NCBI GenBank assembly: GCA_002690705.1
Contig: NZFO01000012.1
Location: forward strand, 53,230 to 117,229
Length of the DNA: 64,000 nt
Reading direction: 5' to 3'
From: Magnetovibrio sp.
GTDB lineage: Bacteria; Pseudomonadota; Alphaproteobacteria; Rhodospirillales; Casp-alpha2
The translations under genes were made by a program, and so were the position numbers. The notes under the pieces are model-generated. The model was not told the DNA's origin. It searched no databases and was given only the letters and a program-made list of their open reading frames with translations. Below, piece by piece: positions 34,194 through 45,363 of the stretch. How positions within the stretch are numbered: the stretch's first letter is position 1; each line of letters starts with the position of its first letter.

Positions 34194-34592
34194 GCTCCCA
34201 GCAATGACAGGTAAATTACAAGAAAAGTTTGGGTGTCTTATTGTTCGATGGAAAATCCTCAACCCAATCAGGTTTAGGCGATTAAACTTAGCAAAGTAAA
34301 ACAAAAGCCCAGAAAAAGAGACTTTAAACGTCGCTTCAAATAGCGAGGACTTACCGCAACTTCTTATCCTAGTTATTGAGCTTACCTAACCTAAAATCGC
34401 CTATTAAGTGAGTAATTTCACCTACTACTTTTCTCATCCTGCTTTTTCTTAGTCTGTTCACAACTGCCTGTTTATGTATCTTTTTACTGATATTATTCGC
34501 TGAATGATTGACCTGAAACCATATGCGACGCAGTGTGGATATCTAAACTAGAATTAACAAGAAGGGCCCGCCATAAGCGGGCAACATAGCTT

Positions 34593-35753
34593 ATGACGAT
34601 GGATTCAGATACATTCCAAAATTTACTGACCTCCGTTAGAAAGTATGTGAATGAACGTCTTATCCCTCTGGAAAAAGAAGTTGCAGAAAATGATGAGGTG
34701 CCCGAAGACATAAAACATGAAATGGCAGAAATGGGACTGTTTGGCCTGACAGTTCCGGAAGAATATGGTGGAATAGGCTTAACAACAGAGGAAGAAGTCT
34801 GCGTTAGCATGGAGTTGGGTCGTGCGTCACCGGCTTTTCGCTCCGTATTCGGTACAAATGTTGGCATAGGGTCACAAGCTATAGTTATTGATGGCACGAA
34901 GGAGCAAAAACTAAGATATTTGCCTAAAATTGCATCTGGTGAATATGTCACATCTTTTGCCTTAACTGAACCCGAAGCTGGTTCCGATGCTGCGAATCTT
35001 CAAAGCACCGCCCGCCTAGAAGGTAACGAATATGTTTTAAACGGCAGAAAGCGTTATATCACCAACGCGCCTTGGGCTGATGTGCTGACTGTAATGGCTA
35101 GAACCAATCCAGACATAAGCGGTCACGGCGGAATATCCTCATTTATTGTAGAACGAACGTCAGCGGGATTATCTTTTGGCAAGCCCGAAAAAAAAATGGG
35201 GCAACACGGAGCGCATGTTTGTGATGTGATTTTTGAGAATTGCCGAGTTCCAGCGAAAAATTTGATTGGGGGTATCGAGGGCCAAGGCTTCAAAACAGCC
35301 ATGAAAACACTAGATCGGGGCCGGCTGCATCTCGCTGGTGTTTGCGTTGGATTCGCCGACCGTGCCTTAGAAGTAGCACTTGGATATGCTTGTGAGAGAA
35401 AACAATTCAAAAAACCCATTTCAGAGTTTCAATTAGTGCAAGGAATGTTAGCTGAGTCAAAAGCGGAGATTTATGCTGGACGCTGCATGACTATTGACGC
35501 CGCAAAAAAAAGAGACTCCGGCCAAGTCGTGGCAACAGAGGCCGCATGCGCAAAAATGTTTACTTCCGAAATGTGCGGTCGTGTTGTGGATAGAGCTGTT
35601 CAAATATTTGGCGGTAGTGGTTACATCGCTGACTATGGAGTGGAGAGAATGTACCGCGATGCGCGATTATTTAGAATTTATGAGGGGACAACACAAATAC
35701 AGCAAATCGTTATTGCCAGAAATATGATTCGAGAATTATTGGATATTCAGTAA
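34593..35753 (+). CDS. acyl-CoA dehydrogenase
   Basis: 386 aa with FALTEPEAGSDA, QIFGGSGY and IYEGTTQIQ. Confidence 0.9.
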   Translation: MTMDSDTFQNLLTSVRKYVNERLIPLEKEVAENDEVPEDIKHEMAEMGLFGLTVPEEYGGIGLTTEEEVCVSMELGRASPAFRSVFGTNVGIGSQAIVIDGTKEQKLRYLPKIASGEYVTSFALTEPEAGSDAANLQSTARLEGNEYVLNGRKRYITNAPWADVLTVMARTNPDISGHGGISSFIVERTSAGLSFGKPEKKMGQHGAHVCDVIFENCRVPAKNLIGGIEGQGFKTAMKTLDRGRLHLAGVCVGFADRALEVALGYACERKQFKKPISEFQLVQGMLAESKAEIYAGRCMTIDAAKKRDSGQVVATEAACAKMFTSEMCGRVVDRAVQIFGGSGYIADYGVERMYRDARLFRIYEGTTQIQQIVIARNMIRELLDIQ

Positions 35754-35828
35754 AGGAGATGCGCAATTAAAAGTTGCACAAGTAATGTGAGGGGACAGAA
35801 TCATCACGATTGGTGGGTTAAATAAATT

Positions 35829-36632
35829 ATGAATTATCAGGATATTTTGTATTCCGACGAAAACGGCGTGGCCACAATTACAATTAATCGACCCGAGAGA
35901 TATAACGCCTTTCGCGAAAAGACCTGTGTAGAGCTTATAGACGGTATAGCTCGAGCTGGCTGGGATAGAGAAGTTGGCGTCATCGTTTTAACCGGTAGCG
36001 GTGATAAAGCATTTTGTACTGGAGGCGATCAATCAGCTCATGGTGATACAAAGATCGGTAGCGGTTACGGCGGACGAGGGACGCTAGGGCTTCCTATCGA
36101 GGACCTGCAAACGATCATCCGTGATGTCCCCAAACCAATTATTGCCAAAGTACAAGGTTTTGCTATCGGAGGTGGAAATGTTTTGGCGATGCTTTGCGAT
36201 CTTACGATCGCCTCCGAACACGCACAATTTGGACAAGTGGGACCAAAAGTTGGTTCTGTAGATCCAGGTTTTGGCACAGCGTTATTAGCAGCCACAGTGG
36301 GTGAGAAGAAAGCACGAGAAATCTGGTACTTGTGTCGTAGGTATTCCGCGGAAGAAGCACTGGCGATCGGACTCATTAATCATGTCGTACCGCATGATCA
36401 GTTAGATGCGGAGGTCGACGCATGGTGTGCAGAAATTATAGAGCGAAGTCCAACGGCGTTGGCAATCGCAAAACGTTCTTTCAATGCGGCGACAGAACAT
36501 ATACGAGGCATAAGCTCCATGGGCATGCAGAGTGTCGCGCTGTATTATGATAGCGAGGAGTCTAAGGAGGGCGTTCGGGCATTCCTTGAGAAGCGCAAAC
36601 CCGAGTTTAGAAAATACGTAAAAAAATTATAA
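35829..36632 (+). CDS. crotonase-superfamily enzyme of the MenB/BadI branch (possible 2-ketocyclohexanecarboxyl-CoA hydrolase-like)
   Basis: 267 aa with near-colinear resemblance to the MenB pattern (ITINRPERYNAF, KAFCTGGDQ, AIGGGNVLAMLCDLTIA, FGQVGPKVGSVDPGFG, KKAREIWYLCRRY, EKRKPEF). No other men genes are nearby, so BadI-like is an inference. Confidence 0.8.
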   Translation: MNYQDILYSDENGVATITINRPERYNAFREKTCVELIDGIARAGWDREVGVIVLTGSGDKAFCTGGDQSAHGDTKIGSGYGGRGTLGLPIEDLQTIIRDVPKPIIAKVQGFAIGGGNVLAMLCDLTIASEHAQFGQVGPKVGSVDPGFGTALLAATVGEKKAREIWYLCRRYSAEEALAIGLINHVVPHDQLDAEVDAWCAEIIERSPTALAIAKRSFNAATEHIRGISSMGMQSVALYYDSEESKEGVRAFLEKRKPEFRKYVKKL

Positions 36633-36839
36633 TGCGAAGTAGTCTCAGCCCCCTCCTTGGCTATTTATTTCGGAAGTGAAATAGACGCCTAAAAGTTAAA
36701 AAATCTATTATTACCTCTATCGAACTGTTAAGGGTTAAGTCTCTTTTGCTTTGCACAAATTCCACCCCTCTAGCATTGTAATAACACTAGACTTTGTTTC
36801 ACCAAACGAGAAACCTTGGGCCAATCATTTACAAAGACC

Positions 36840-37397
36840 TCAGGCGGCGGAAATAAATTGATTAGCCTCCGCAAAAAGCTCCATATTTCTCTCTACGTCG
36901 TATGGCTGCTCCAGCAGATCCTCTGGGTTCCACTCGCTCCGTGGCTCCTCAAAAAAATTACCGCCATAGACATGAAGTGCGCCCGTACATCGACTTAACG
37001 GGTTAGTGACAGAATGAACAACATCCTTACCTAAAGGCGCCACCTCCCCTTCACCCAACGTTTTTGCACCAGCAGCTTCAATAAGACCAAGTGTATCCCC
37101 TTTAGCTCGCTTCCAGAAAATATTGTCTTCTCGTCCGCTATAGAGTCCTATTACTGCCCACATGTTATGGTTATGGGGATGAAGGGTCATTCGTGGAGCC
37201 CACACAATATTAAGAATAGTTAGATCATCGGAAACATAAAGTTTGTGGACGCCACCCTCATTCGGATTGCCAAGCGCAAGCATTAAGTCAGATCGATCGG
37301 AAACCGCCTCACTAACTAATTCTTTAATTGCTAAATGACTGTCAGAGGCAAGAACTGCATTTCTACAATCAATAATAAATTTTTCTAAATCAAACAT
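36840..37397 (-). CDS. cupin-fold protein (cysteine-dioxygenase-like / COG5553-like)
   Basis: 185 aa with a His-rich metal motif (TLHPHNHNMWAVIGLYSG...HSV). Confidence 0.5.
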   Translation of the reverse strand: MFDLEKFIIDCRNAVLASDSHLAIKELVSEAVSDRSDLMLALGNPNEGGVHKLYVSDDLTILNIVWAPRMTLHPHNHNMWAVIGLYSGREDNIFWKRAKGDTLGLIEAAGAKTLGEGEVAPLGKDVVHSVTNPLSRCTGALHVYGGNFFEEPRSEWNPEDLLEQPYDVERNMELFAEANQFISAA

Positions 37398-37645
37398 CTT
37401 ATTCCCTCGGTCCAGTTAAAACCTCGACACTAAAAACTTAGAATATCCGTGAACCCTAGCAATGGTCAAATGCTTGAAATGAAAGCCCTCGGGTGAACTT
37501 CATTATAACAGTTTTAGAACCTTGCAGGTGCCGTGCCCACAAATAAGTGATAAATTAATGAACTTTTACCTCGCAGGCCTCAATCGGACCCCCAACGTCA
37601 AATTAAAATTTACTGGTCAAATTACCACTTTTTGACGGCAAATAT

Positions 37646-38941
37646 TCAAGAGTTTCTGGCGAGTATAGTGCCAGCTAGATAAAGGGATCCACAAATGAGA
37701 ATTCGACTTAACTCTGTTGAATTTTTGTGAATTTCAGCGAACGCGTCGGTTATACTATCTGATGATTGGATATTATTCATTCCAACACCTTTAGCAATTT
37801 CAGCCAAAGTATTTGCCGAAAAACTATTTTTTTCACCCGGGATTGAGACAGTATAAACCGCTTTAGTTTCGGAGCTCAATGGCCGCAAAAAATCTGCCGC
37901 CTCCTTACTACTCATCATTCCCGATACTAAATACAGAGGCCTATCACGCCATTGGGCTTTAGCATGACTACTCAGCATTGCTCCAGCCGCCGCATTATGT
38001 CCACCGTCCAACCATATTTCCCAGTCTGGATGAACCATGTCTATTAATTTACCCCGTGATAACTTTTGTAACCGCGCTGGCCATTGGACCTTTTGAAGGC
38101 CAGTAGATATACTCTGTGCTCGGGGAGCCAAATCCCCCAGAGCCATAAGCGCCGAAATTGCCGTTCCGGAATTTGATATTTGGTGGGAACCTGCCAGTGT
38201 GGGTAGCGGAAAATACTTGGTCTCGCCCTGCAAACTAAATGCGAGACGACCCTCTTGACGATTGATAGTCCAGTCATGGTCCTGCTGAAACACTGGGACG
38301 CTTAATTCTTTGGCTCGGGTTAAGATAACATCTCTAACCTCACTAAATTGCTGTGATGAAAAGCATGGCACACCAAATTTCAAAATACCGGCTTTTTCAT
38401 AAGCAATGGCCGTTAAAGTATCACCAAGAAATTGTTGATGATCCATCGAGATCGGTGTCAGAACGGTTAGGCGGGGCTTTGCAATTAGGTTTGTTGCGTC
38501 TAGTCGTCCACCAAGACCAGTCTCCAAAAGTAGGATATCCGCCGGTGTTCTGGAGAAGGCCAAAAATGCAGCCACAGTTGTAATCTCAAAAAAAGTTATC
38601 GGAGCACCATCGTTAACTGCCTCACATTCTTCGAGCAATTGGACCAAATTATCTTCAGTAATATGCGTGCCACACAGGCTAATTCGTTCATGGAAATGCA
38701 CCAAATGGGGGGATGTATAAACATGGACACGCCTCCCGTCCGCTTCTAGGCAAGCCTTCATGGTAGCTATCACTGAACCCTTGCCATTCGTTCCCGCAAC
38801 ATGGACGACTGGCGGTAACCGCTGATGTGGTTGATTTAATTTACCAAGCAAATGGATTACTCGCCCGAGAGACAGGTCAATTAACTTCGGATGTAATGCA
38901 ATTAGCCGGGAGAAGACAGCGTCTCTGGATTCAAATGCCAC
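37646..38941 (-). CDS. folC: bifunctional folylpolyglutamate synthase / dihydrofolate synthase
   Basis: 431 aa with the P-loop VAGTNGKGS and Mur-ligase-type domains. It follows accD as in the trp-accD-folC operon. Confidence 0.9.
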   Translation of the reverse strand: MAFESRDAVFSRLIALHPKLIDLSLGRVIHLLGKLNQPHQRLPPVVHVAGTNGKGSVIATMKACLEADGRRVHVYTSPHLVHFHERISLCGTHITEDNLVQLLEECEAVNDGAPITFFEITTVAAFLAFSRTPADILLLETGLGGRLDATNLIAKPRLTVLTPISMDHQQFLGDTLTAIAYEKAGILKFGVPCFSSQQFSEVRDVILTRAKELSVPVFQQDHDWTINRQEGRLAFSLQGETKYFPLPTLAGSHQISNSGTAISALMALGDLAPRAQSISTGLQKVQWPARLQKLSRGKLIDMVHPDWEIWLDGGHNAAAGAMLSSHAKAQWRDRPLYLVSGMMSSKEAADFLRPLSSETKAVYTVSIPGEKNSFSANTLAEIAKGVGMNNIQSSDSITDAFAEIHKNSTELSRILICGSLYLAGTILARNS

Positions 38942-38977
38942 TTTTATTAATCACCAAAGTTTTGCTTGTATTAGTCG

Positions 38978-39997
38978 TCAGGATCCGTGCCCTATAACAC
39001 CGGTGCTAATGTTATCCAATTCAATATCAGGCGGCAACGGCTTATCTGCTTTATCCGTATGCGCGTCCAGGGGCAGGGCATCACCTGCGCTCTCCTCCCT
39101 AATTAAATCCGGCTCAATCCCTTTCAGAACTTGACTTGGATCCCGTGTCTTGTTCATGAGCAAATCGATGACCCGAGCCAACGTTTTACGTAATTGGGCT
39201 CGGGGCACAACCATATCAATCATGCCGTGGTCAAGCAGGTATTCCGCCCTTTGGAAACCATCGGGTAAAGTCTCTCTAATCGTTTGTTCTATAACTCTTA
39301 GGCCCGCAAATCCGATAACTGAACCAGGTTCCGCGATTGCAATATCGCCAAGCATCGCAAATGACGCTGTTACACCCCCAGTCGTTGGGTCAGTAAGCAC
39401 CACGATATATGGTAAGCCTGCCTGCTTCACTTCATCCACAGCAATTGTTGTCCGCGCCAATTGCATTAATGAGTGAATACCTTCTTGCATGCGAGCCCCA
39501 CCGGAAGATGGCACCACAACTAATGGCGCATGGCGACTAACAGCTTCACGAGCAGCGATCAGCAAACCTTCGCCTACGGCAAGTCCCATGGAGCCCCCCA
39601 TAAAAGAAAAATCTAATGCGGCAATAACCACATTGTTTCCTTTAATCTTTCCAAAGCCAACTTTCAGGGCATCATCATCGCCCGTTTTTGCTCGGGCATC
39701 CTTTAATCTGTCCGAATAACGCCTCAAATCCCTGAATTTCAATGGATCGATAATAGCTTTGGGCAACATAATTATCTCAAAGCCATCCTCATCAAATAGT
39801 AAATTAAGTCGCCCAGTCGCGCCAAGCCGCATATGATGACCACAATGGTGACAGACATGCAGGTATTTTTCTAAATCACGGTGAAAAATCATCTGGCCGC
39901 AAGAGCCACATTTGTGCCAAAGATTCTCCGGCACTTCCTTTTGCCCACCAACTAATTCCCGCAGTTTCGGACGGACGAAGTTTTTAAGCCAGTTCAT
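38978..39997 (-). CDS. accD: acetyl-CoA carboxylase carboxyltransferase beta subunit
   Basis: 339 aa with the N-terminal Zn ribbon CGSCGQ...CHHCGHH and the carboxyltransferase core GGSMG...GGARMQEG. It has an unusually long, low-complexity C-terminal tail. Confidence 0.95.
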   Translation of the reverse strand: MNWLKNFVRPKLRELVGGQKEVPENLWHKCGSCGQMIFHRDLEKYLHVCHHCGHHMRLGATGRLNLLFDEDGFEIIMLPKAIIDPLKFRDLRRYSDRLKDARAKTGDDDALKVGFGKIKGNNVVIAALDFSFMGGSMGLAVGEGLLIAAREAVSRHAPLVVVPSSGGARMQEGIHSLMQLARTTIAVDEVKQAGLPYIVVLTDPTTGGVTASFAMLGDIAIAEPGSVIGFAGLRVIEQTIRETLPDGFQRAEYLLDHGMIDMVVPRAQLRKTLARVIDLLMNKTRDPSQVLKGIEPDLIREESAGDALPLDAHTDKADKPLPPDIELDNISTGVIGHGS

Positions 39998-40009
39998 CAG
40001 ATTATTCTC

Positions 40010-40843
40010 CTAGCTTAAACTGTGCACACCCTTAACAGCGCCAGATAACTCACTGACGAGCTGAAAAACTTTCTCAGTTGTGCCCGATACCGGATCCCCA
40101 TTTGAGTTGAGATTTTCACTAATTATGTCCACTAAGGCCGATCCGACGACAACACCGTCTGCAAATTGCGCAATCTCAGCTGCCTGTTTCGGTGTGCGAA
40201 TACCAAAACCCACAGCCACCGGTAAATTAGAGTGCGATTTGATACGTCTAACATGTGACGCAACGTCCGTTTTGTTCGCAGATTTTGTACCCGTTATACC
40301 CGCTATCGATACGAAATAAATAAAGCCTGACGCATTTTGAATAACTCTTGGTAAACGCACATCATCGGTTGTAGGGGCGATCAGGTATATAAAATTTAAC
40401 CCTGCCTCAATAGCGGGTATACATAGTTCGCCCTCTTCCTCCGGTGGCAAATCGACAACTATTAATCCATCCACTCCTGCCTCTTTAGCATCAGACAAAA
40501 ATTGTTTAGTACCACGAGAGTAAATCGGATTGTAATACCCCATTAGCACGATCGGCGTATCATCATCATGTTTACGAAACGCTTGAACTGCATCGAGGGT
40601 CTTGGATAGCGTCATTCCTTTTCTTATTGCACGCAGCGAGCTTGCCTGTATGGACGGTCCGTCCGCCATTGGATCCGAAAAAGGAACACCGATTTCAATT
40701 ATATCAGCTCCTGCGTCAGGCAGCCCCATTAAAATGTCAAGAGCCGTATTTAAATCTGGATCACCAGCCGTCAAAAAGGTCACTAACGCGGCGCGCCCTT
40801 GTTTGCTCAGAGCCTCAAATCTGCGCTCAATTCGCGTGCTCAT
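40010..40843 (-). CDS. trpA: tryptophan synthase alpha chain
   Basis: 277 aa with [15 protein letters not shown] and GFGI. It overlaps the trpB stop by 4 nt. Confidence 0.95.
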   Translation of the reverse strand: MSTRIERRFEALSKQGRAALVTFLTAGDPDLNTALDILMGLPDAGADIIEIGVPFSDPMADGPSIQASSLRAIRKGMTLSKTLDAVQAFRKHDDDTPIVLMGYYNPIYSRGTKQFLSDAKEAGVDGLIVVDLPPEEEGELCIPAIEAGLNFIYLIAPTTDDVRLPRVIQNASGFIYFVSIAGITGTKSANKTDVASHVRRIKSHSNLPVAVGFGIRTPKQAAEIAQFADGVVVGSALVDIISENLNSNGDPVSGTTEKVFQLVSELSGAVKGVHSLS

Positions 40844-42060
40844 CCGTTATCTATCTCTACACCCAAATGTTTAGCCACGGTAAAAATATCTTTGTCTCCA
40901 CGTCCACATAAATTCATGACCAGTAATGTATCGGCAGATAAGTGTGGTGCAATTTTAGCTACATGGGCGAGTGCATGACTGGGCTCCAAGGCAGGAATGA
41001 TACCCTCCATGCGTGTGCATAATTGAAATGCCTCAAGAGCCTCATTATCTGTTACCGAAACGTATTCTACGCGTCCCATATCTTTCAACCAAGAGTGTTC
41101 TGGCCCGATACCGGGGTAATCAAGGCCAGCTGAAATGGAGTGCCCGTCTAGGATTTGTCCTCCCTCAGTCTGAAGTAAATATGTCCGATTACCATGCAAT
41201 ACGCCGGGACGACCTCCCGTCAGTGACGCGCAGTGCTCTCCGGTTTCAATCCCATGTCCAGCAGCCTCAACCCCAATAATCCGGACGTTCTCATCATCCA
41301 AGAACGGGTGAAACAAGCCCATCGCATTTGAGCCCCCACCTAAACATGCGACTAGCACGTCAGGTAGCCTGCCCTCTGCTGCTTGCATTTGTTGACGAGT
41401 CTCCTCACCGATGATGCATTGGAAATCCCGAACAAGTGTCGGATAAGGATGTGGACCAGCAACGGTGCCGATTATATAAAAAGTATCCTCAACATTTGAC
41501 ACCCAATCACGAAGTGCCTCATTCATTGCATCTTTTAGTGTCCCGGTTCCGGATGTTACGGGGCGAATTTCAGCTCCGAGCAGCTTCATTCGAAAAACAT
41601 TAGGTGCCTGACGCTCAATGTCTGTCTCACCCATGTAAACAATACACGGCAATCCAAATAACGCGCACACCGTTGCTGTCGCGACGCCATGCTGTCCAGC
41701 TCCTGTCTCCGCTATAATTCGGGTCTTGCCCATACGCTTGGCTAATAAAATCTGACCGATGGTATTATTAATTTTATGCGCACCGGTATGATTTAATTCG
41801 TCTCGTTTAAAATAAATTTTTGCGCCGCCAAATTCATCAGTCAATCGTTTTGCAAAATAAAGCGGACTTGGCCGCCCCACATAATGTTCCATAAGATAGT
41901 GGAATTCCGACCAAAACTTGTCATCATCCCTCGCAGTAAGGTAAGCTTTTTCAACATTTAGAATGAGCGGCATTAAAGTTTCGGCTACATATCGGCCTCC
42001 AAAGATACCAAAATGTCCATCGTCATCAACACCAGTTCGATAGCTGTTGAGTTTATTCAT
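40840..42060 (-). CDS. trpB: tryptophan synthase beta chain
   Basis: 406 aa with the PLP-Lys motif [11 protein letters not shown] and GGGSNAMG. Confidence 0.97.
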   Translation of the reverse strand: MNKLNSYRTGVDDDGHFGIFGGRYVAETLMPLILNVEKAYLTARDDDKFWSEFHYLMEHYVGRPSPLYFAKRLTDEFGGAKIYFKRDELNHTGAHKINNTIGQILLAKRMGKTRIIAETGAGQHGVATATVCALFGLPCIVYMGETDIERQAPNVFRMKLLGAEIRPVTSGTGTLKDAMNEALRDWVSNVEDTFYIIGTVAGPHPYPTLVRDFQCIIGEETRQQMQAAEGRLPDVLVACLGGGSNAMGLFHPFLDDENVRIIGVEAAGHGIETGEHCASLTGGRPGVLHGNRTYLLQTEGGQILDGHSISAGLDYPGIGPEHSWLKDMGRVEYVSVTDNEALEAFQLCTRMEGIIPALEPSHALAHVAKIAPHLSADTLLVMNLCGRGDKDIFTVAKHLGVEIDNG

Positions 42061-42127
42061 TACAACTCCTCCTTCGAGTTCGATATGAATCTTTACACAC
42101 GGCTGAATTGCAAGCTTTTTTGAAATT

Positions 42128-42766
42128 TTATGAGCGAGCCGCAGTGATAAAATCCTGTATTTTTTTTACGCTTTTAATGCCGGGCCTATTTTCAACACCA
42201 GAAGACACATCAACCGCGACCGCGCCACTTTTTGAAATCGCTTCGCCGACGTTTTCAGCTGTTAAACCGCCAGCCAGGATCCACGGTTTTGACCAGTCTT
42301 TTCCAAAAACCAAGCTCCAATCAAAAGACAGTGCATTCCCACCCGGTCGGGTTGCACCAACGGGTGCTTTTGCATCAAACATCAATGTATCAACGTAGGG
42401 CTCAAATAAGCGCGCGCGAGAAACATCTTTTGGAACAGCTATTGCCAAAGCTTTCATTACGGGAACCCCGCTTAAGGATTGAATCTCCTGACAGCGCTCT
42501 GGTGTCTCACCACCATGCAATTGAATCATATCGATATCCACTCCCCTTACAATTTCGCTCAAAAAGCTGTTACTCGCATCTACACTAAGTGCTATTTTTT
42601 GCACATGTGGTGGAACCCGCTTAACAAGTGATTTCGCACGCTCGATATCAACCGACCTCGGAGATGGCGGGAAAAATACAAACCCTAACATGTTAGCACC
42701 GTTCGCCACGGCTGCATCGACATCTTTTTCACGGGTAATACCACAGATTTTTACACGTACGGACAT
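42128..42766 (-). CDS. trpF: phosphoribosylanthranilate isomerase
   Basis: Start reassigned to ATG at 42766 ([11 protein letters not shown]). 212 aa, in the trpF-trpB-trpA order. Confidence 0.9.
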   Translation of the reverse strand: MSVRVKICGITREKDVDAAVANGANMLGFVFFPPSPRSVDIERAKSLVKRVPPHVQKIALSVDASNSFLSEIVRGVDIDMIQLHGGETPERCQEIQSLSGVPVMKALAIAVPKDVSRARLFEPYVDTLMFDAKAPVGATRPGGNALSFDWSLVFGKDWSKPWILAGGLTAENVGEAISKSGAVAVDVSSGVENRPGIKSVKKIQDFITAARS

Positions 42767-43134
42767 CCTACAACTCTCTGACCTAACTGCACATACTGGA
42801 GAGCGCTTTTTTAAAATAACTCTCAAGGGTCATATGCCGCCGCTGACTGGCGTTCGTCAAGTTATAGCAAAGCTTGAGTGAATAATTTACGAGTACATGG
42901 TAGCATTAACAAATTAACTAGGCGTGTTAACAGTTGTATTTAGATATTCAAGCAAGAGCCTCCCATCAAAGTTTACAAAAATTACCCGCTAATCGGCACC
43001 ACGCCGTTACTTTACTTAATAATCCATTCGAATTTACTGCATGCGGCGAACGTCTATTCATTCTGAAATCAACACGAGTTTAAAAATGACATAATTTTTC
43101 CACCGCTCTAATTAATAGCCGAATAGTGGGGTTT

Positions 43135-43836
43135 TTATGCTAAGGCAATCTCTTCACAGATCTTACGAGCAGCAGCTACCGGATCCTCATCTCCAGTTAT
43201 CGGGCGTCCAATAACCAGATAATCCGCACCTCGTGAAACAGCCTGTTTTGGCGTCAACACCCGCTTTTGATCACTCTTTAAGGCCCAGCTCGGTCGGACA
43301 CCCGGAACAATCAATTTAAAATCCGGCCCACAAGCCTCCCGGATAGCAGATATTTCTAAGGGGGAGCAAACCACACCACCCAAACCACTTTCCTGGGCTA
43401 GTTTCGCGAGCGTTAAAACGTACTCAGCCGCAGTCACGTTTATTCCCAACTCAACGAGATCATCATCTGCAAGCGAAGTTAGCACCGTGACCGCAACCAG
43501 TAGAGGCTTATTCTCCATTTCTGCCACGACTTTTGCAGCAGCACGCATCATTACCGCGCCACCCGAAGCGTGGACATTCAGGATCTTTGGGTTTATGGAC
43601 GCGACCGCCTGAAGGGCTCCAGCAACTGTATTTGGTATGTCATGAAATTTAAGATCAAGAAATAACGGTTGGCCTTCATGAACTACCTCGTGGACCCCCG
43701 CTGGTCCATTTGCAGTAAAGAACTCTTTTCCGATCTTAATTCCACCAACATGGCCAAAAAGTGAGCGTGAGAGTGCCGTAGCACGATCGATATCAGTGGT
43801 GTCAAGGGCGACAAATATACGTTCCAAAGGATTCAT
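43135..43836 (-). CDS. pyrF: orotidine-5'-phosphate decarboxylase
   Basis: 233 aa with VALD and DLKFHDIPNT. Confidence 0.93.
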   Translation of the reverse strand: MNPLERIFVALDTTDIDRATALSRSLFGHVGGIKIGKEFFTANGPAGVHEVVHEGQPLFLDLKFHDIPNTVAGALQAVASINPKILNVHASGGAVMMRAAAKVVAEMENKPLLVAVTVLTSLADDDLVELGINVTAAEYVLTLAKLAQESGLGGVVCSPLEISAIREACGPDFKLIVPGVRPSWALKSDQKRVLTPKQAVSRGADYLVIGRPITGDEDPVAAARKICEEIALA

Positions 43837-44551
43837 ACCTTAAGATTATATCCTCAAACGCAAAGATATACCAGTTCTGTAGCCACCAGATTCTCAATAG
43901 CCATTACCCCCGATTTAAATAGCAAGATCAGCTCAATGTTGCTGGCTTTTACCGCCGGGAAGCCCTTGATAGGCGAGAAAAGGTTCCCTTTGATATCGTC
44001 GATAGAAATAAAGCCACGCAATATTGGCCCATAGATTTCTCCTACCGAATGAGTCGCATCCGTTGTACCGACACGAATCTATGCCCGCATTAGCGTTGCT
44101 TTATCTACCTCACACATTTCATTAGAAAACGCCCTTATTAGATCAAGGTTTTGCCCCAGCTGGAGCCAATCTCCTCTAATCAACGGTTCACAGCTAAGCG
44201 TTGCACAAGAAGATGATGTCTGGTGTCGCAACTGCAACCCGAATATCGGCCTCAGCCTCGGCAAAGAACCTTTGGATGCTCAATTCATGTGCAAGCGCTA
44301 TTGCTTTGGTTGGATCACTGCCCCGTAACGTCCGCTTCTGCATCGGCCCCTGCGATAGATGCGCGTGAACAAGGTGGGGGTAAAAACCATCGTTCCGAGA
44401 TTGGTGAGGTTTCTTGAATCCGTCCAAGACAAGTACCGCGATGCCAGACCTTAGGCTGAAATGATACGTTGGGAGGTCAGTTCACCACTATCAAATAAGG
44501 ATGAGTGATCGAGCAAGGCAGCAACACAATCGGCGTCGGTGACTTAAGGTT

Positions 44552-44950
44552 TCACGCAGCATCTGCTGGTGATAAATAATTTTGTGTTTTTACTTGCGAG
44601 TCCCGGAGCTTAGCCTTCAATTGTGTTGCCTCTGATTGTGCAACTCGTAGTTCATTTTTCAAATCAGCAGCCTGCTTAACTGCTTCTCGGGCCTTACGTC
44701 TAGCATCCCCGTTTGCAATCCAGCCAGCAAGCCCTCCCCATAAAACGCCAACAGTTAAAGAGCCCAGTACAACTATAAAAAATCGTACTTCGAGTGATTG
44801 TGCAAACGGCCAAAAATCAATGGACACCCCTTGTCGATTGATTACAGAGAAATGAATCAATAATCCCGCTACTGCAAGCCAGAAAAAATATGTGAGTATT
44901 TTTTTAAGAAAGATATGTGCACTCCCACGCCTTCCAGTCCCGCGCCGCAT
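44552..44950 (-). CDS. LapA-domain (DUF1049) inner-membrane protein
   Basis: 132 aa with two TM helices and a C-terminal coiled coil. It lies directly downstream of ihfB, as is usual. Confidence 0.65.
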   Translation of the reverse strand: MRRGTGRRGSAHIFLKKILTYFFWLAVAGLLIHFSVINRQGVSIDFWPFAQSLEVRFFIVVLGSLTVGVLWGGLAGWIANGDARRKAREAVKQAADLKNELRVAQSEATQLKAKLRDSQVKTQNYLSPADAA

Positions 44951-44970
44951 ATCTGCGGTCCCTTGCGTTT

Positions 44971-45255
44971 TTACCGGTTAGGGTTAAGCTTTTCACGGAG
45001 TTGTTTGCCAGTTTTAAAAAATGGAATGTATTTTTCCTCGACCTCCACGGCCTCACCAGTCCGTGGGTTACGGCCCGTACGAGCCCCCCGCGCTTTAACG
45101 GAAAATGCGCCAAATCCGCGCAACTCAACCCTGTCTCCACGGGATAAGGCGGACGTAATTTCTTCAAAAATCGTAGCAACAATCCGCTCTACATCACGCT
45201 GGTAAAGATGCGGATGTGCCTCCGCGAGGCACGCTATGAGCTCCGATTTGGTCAT
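44971..45255 (-). CDS. ihfB: integration host factor beta subunit
   Basis: Start reassigned to ATG at 45255 (MTKSELIA...). HU/IHF fold motifs RGFGAFSVK and GRNPRTGE. Confidence 0.93.
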   Translation of the reverse strand: MTKSELIACLAEAHPHLYQRDVERIVATIFEEITSALSRGDRVELRGFGAFSVKARGARTGRNPRTGEAVEVEEKYIPFFKTGKQLREKLNPNR

Positions 45256-45262
45256 ACCTTTG

Positions 45263-45271
45263 CCCCCCCCC
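45263..45271. repeat. C9 (G9 on the coding strand) homopolymer 8 nt upstream of the ihfB ATG
   Basis: Read directly: tgccccccccc. On the minus strand this is TTGGGGGGGGGCAAAGGTATG. Confidence 0.9.
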
Positions 45272-45363
45272 AAGGCACCACATGTGACAAAGTCACATCT
45301 TACTCTCGACGCGAATGTGCTTTATATGAGCCGTGCCTATATCTCGCCACAGACTCTCTAGGC

